Origin: Octopus sinensis
Lineage: Eukaryota
DNA length: 64,000 nt
Direction: 5' to 3'
Assembly (NCBI RefSeq): GCF_006345805.1
Contig: NC_043024.1
Location: 15,934,001 to 15,998,000 of the forward strand
Shown piece by piece: positions 61,871 to 64,000 of this stretch. Under the pieces are notes generated by a model. That model made no database searches, had not been told where the DNA came from, and saw only the letters and a list, made by a program, of their open reading frames with translations. How positions within the stretch are numbered: position 1 is the first letter of the stretch; the number at the start of each line of letters is the position of its first letter. The translations under genes were made by a program, and so were the position numbers.

Positions 61871-61902
61871 TCCAAGAATAAAATAATTGACTGTATTTCC
61901 AG

Positions 61903-62007
61903 CTTCAATTGACTGACTTTGAAAACGCTGCCCTTGTTGTATTTATGGTTCTTCTTACCCGAGCCATTGTTACCTTCAAACTGAACTTTTTGGTCCCAAT
62001 AACAAAG
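61903..62007 (+). CDS. GCLC: GCLC-like paralog 2, exon 12 (LQLTDFENAALVVFMVLLTRAIVTFKLNFLVPITK); gene continues beyond the window
   Basis: CCAG acceptor, GTAAAT donor; matches [35 protein letters not shown]. Confidence 0.96.
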
Positions 62008-62329
62008 GTAAATATTGATTTCTCTACAATAAATATTGGACTCTTTCATTTAACTAAAGATATTTATGAACTACAGTTGGCGTTTAATTATATCTCAAAA
62101 CATTGCTTTCTTAAGATTGTTCTTTTAAAATTAACATCTTTTTTAATCATGAAACATTTTAAAATATTTACACTATATTTCAACCGGTTTGGCTTCAGCC
62201 ACTATCATGTTTCGGGTTTTGGGATGGAAACAGGAAACTGCTTCGTGAGATTAGGGCAAAGCAACTGAGATTTCTATGTCATGTAATAAGGAACAGCGCC
62301 TGGAAAATTTATAACCAGTTCTTTTTCTT

Positions 62330-63205
62330 AAATCATTTACAATCTGCCACATGTCACAGCCCATGTTTCACTGTCATGTAGCATAGCTGTTTGCACACAG
62401 GCATCATACAATCTACCTTTCACTCTAAGGTGGGGTCCCATTGTTAATAACAAAACTGGTAGCTCTCTGTACTTTGCCCAGCTTGTTCTTATTCTAGCAA
62501 CTATGCTCTCAGAACTTCTTCCACCACTGTTAACTTGATCATTTGGGTAATGGAAGTTATCTACTGCTTCCAAGGATTTTCACAGATATTTGAAGAAGCT
62601 TATTTTCTGTACCTTCCGAGTTTTTATTGTACCCACTCATCTGTCACACATAAAGACTACTTTCTCTGTTAATTTTCCTGTAGCACTGCTGCACCTCTTA
62701 TGTATCCATAGCTTGCACTGGGTACCCTGTATGAAGTACCTACAAACACATTTTCTACATACGATCAGTGTTAGTGATTTGTCCACTTTTGCTACTTACT
62801 AGAACTTTGTTCAATACCTGAAAGTTCTTTAGTTCTTGTAGGGATTCAGCTACAAAAACAAGGTCATCAGCTAGAGAAGCTCCCAAGGGCAGCCAGTCTT
62901 AAATTCCACTGTTATGTCCTGGAGGACTATGATAAACAAGAGGAGGCTGAGAACTGATCCTTGGTGAACTCCTACCTGTGCACTAAATTCCTTGCTATGC
63001 TCATTGCTGATTTTCACCTTATCGACATCTCTGCACATGGCAGGTGCAGCTCTCACCAACCACTCATCTATCCCTTGCTTCCACATTAATCACAAGGTAA
63101 GAGAGTGGAGGATCCTATCACTGGCTTTCTCCATATTGCTAAAAGCCAAGTACAGAGGTTTATTTTTGGCTAAATATTTTCCCTACAGTTGTCTTAATAG
63201 TTAAT
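62330..63205 (-). mobile_element. RTE-clade LINE RT fragment
   Basis: VGVHQGSVLSLLLFIIVLQDITVEFKTGCPWELL..ADDL; KGRLYDACVQTAMLHDSETW. Confidence 0.85.
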
Positions 63206-63451
63206 ATCACCAGAAAAGGATTAAGTCTGAACAACTCAATATTACACATGACACACTAATGTATTTTATTCTCTCCGTCTTTTTTGTAATAATATATATA
63301 TATATACTATGTCATTGGCCAGTGCTGGTGAGTCATAAAAGGCACCCATTACACTATTGGAGTGGTTGGTGTTAGGAAGTGCATCCAGCTGTAGACACCA
63401 AGCACAATCAGACTAAAGCCTGGTATAGCTCTCTGGCTTACCAGTTCCAGA

Positions 63452-63489
<38 letters not shown>

Positions 63490-64000
63490 TAATCGAAGTG
63501 TGCAATATTATATATCCATTACAGCTGATCGGTTTCACATCAGGAGTTCAAAGGTGCGTTAGGTAACAGTCCAGTTAAGCAACCCTGCGCTCTTTAAAGG
63601 TAGCTGTTATGGAATGTAGAATGATGGCTACCTCTGAAGAGCGTGGGGTTATATAATTCAACTGTTACCTAACACTGTGCGAAACCGATTGGTAAGATCT
63701 GCTGTGGTGGATATATAATATTGTAGACTTTGATTAATATACCCACTGCTGACAGATATATGAGTGCATTTTTTCCTGACTTATGGACTCTTAGACAGCT
63801 TACAGATACACACACACACACATATATATTCAATGTATCATATAATATACCCGAAAAAGAAGAACATTCCAAGGCATAGACGTAATGTATTTTTATGTAG
63901 TTAAGTCTAAGTGCGGTCATAGTGATCAATGGTTTCGCATCAAGCCCTATGGATGGTTCGTCAGACTCTAAAGCCGAAGGCCCATATAACTCTTCAACCC

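Overview
AT-rich, repeat-dense eukaryotic DNA. The SINE families and (AT)n/(CA)n microsatellite load point to an octopod cephalopod, probably Octopus (inferred, not proven). The host content is two tandem, same-strand glutamate-cysteine ligase catalytic subunit (GCLC)-like genes: the last two exons of an upstream copy (3866-4687) and the first 12 coding exons of a second copy (32085-62007, 461 codons, open frame, continuing past the window end). The second copy keeps the Mg/ATP/glutamate catalytic residues but has changed several near-invariant residues around the cysteine-acceptor pocket (HPRF->LPLF, GMGxCCLQ->GAGCCSIQ, SRYDS->TRFDT, ENIQSTNWQTMRFK->QTIIGSNWHTLKLK). This makes it a candidate neofunctionalised gamma-glutamyl ligase. 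The rest is mobile DNA: a Naiad-like Penelope element with an intact minimal hammerhead in intron 1, several palindromic Penelope remnants with hammerhead cores, Tx1/L1-type LINEs (one near full length, one ORF1-only) whose 3' ends match a SINE tail, plus Helitron, hAT, mariner/Tc1, gypsy, RTE, CR1-like and R4-like fragments, MITEs, many tRNA-derived SINEs and one 100-N gap. All homology calls come from manual translation and remembered reference sequences; no database search was run.
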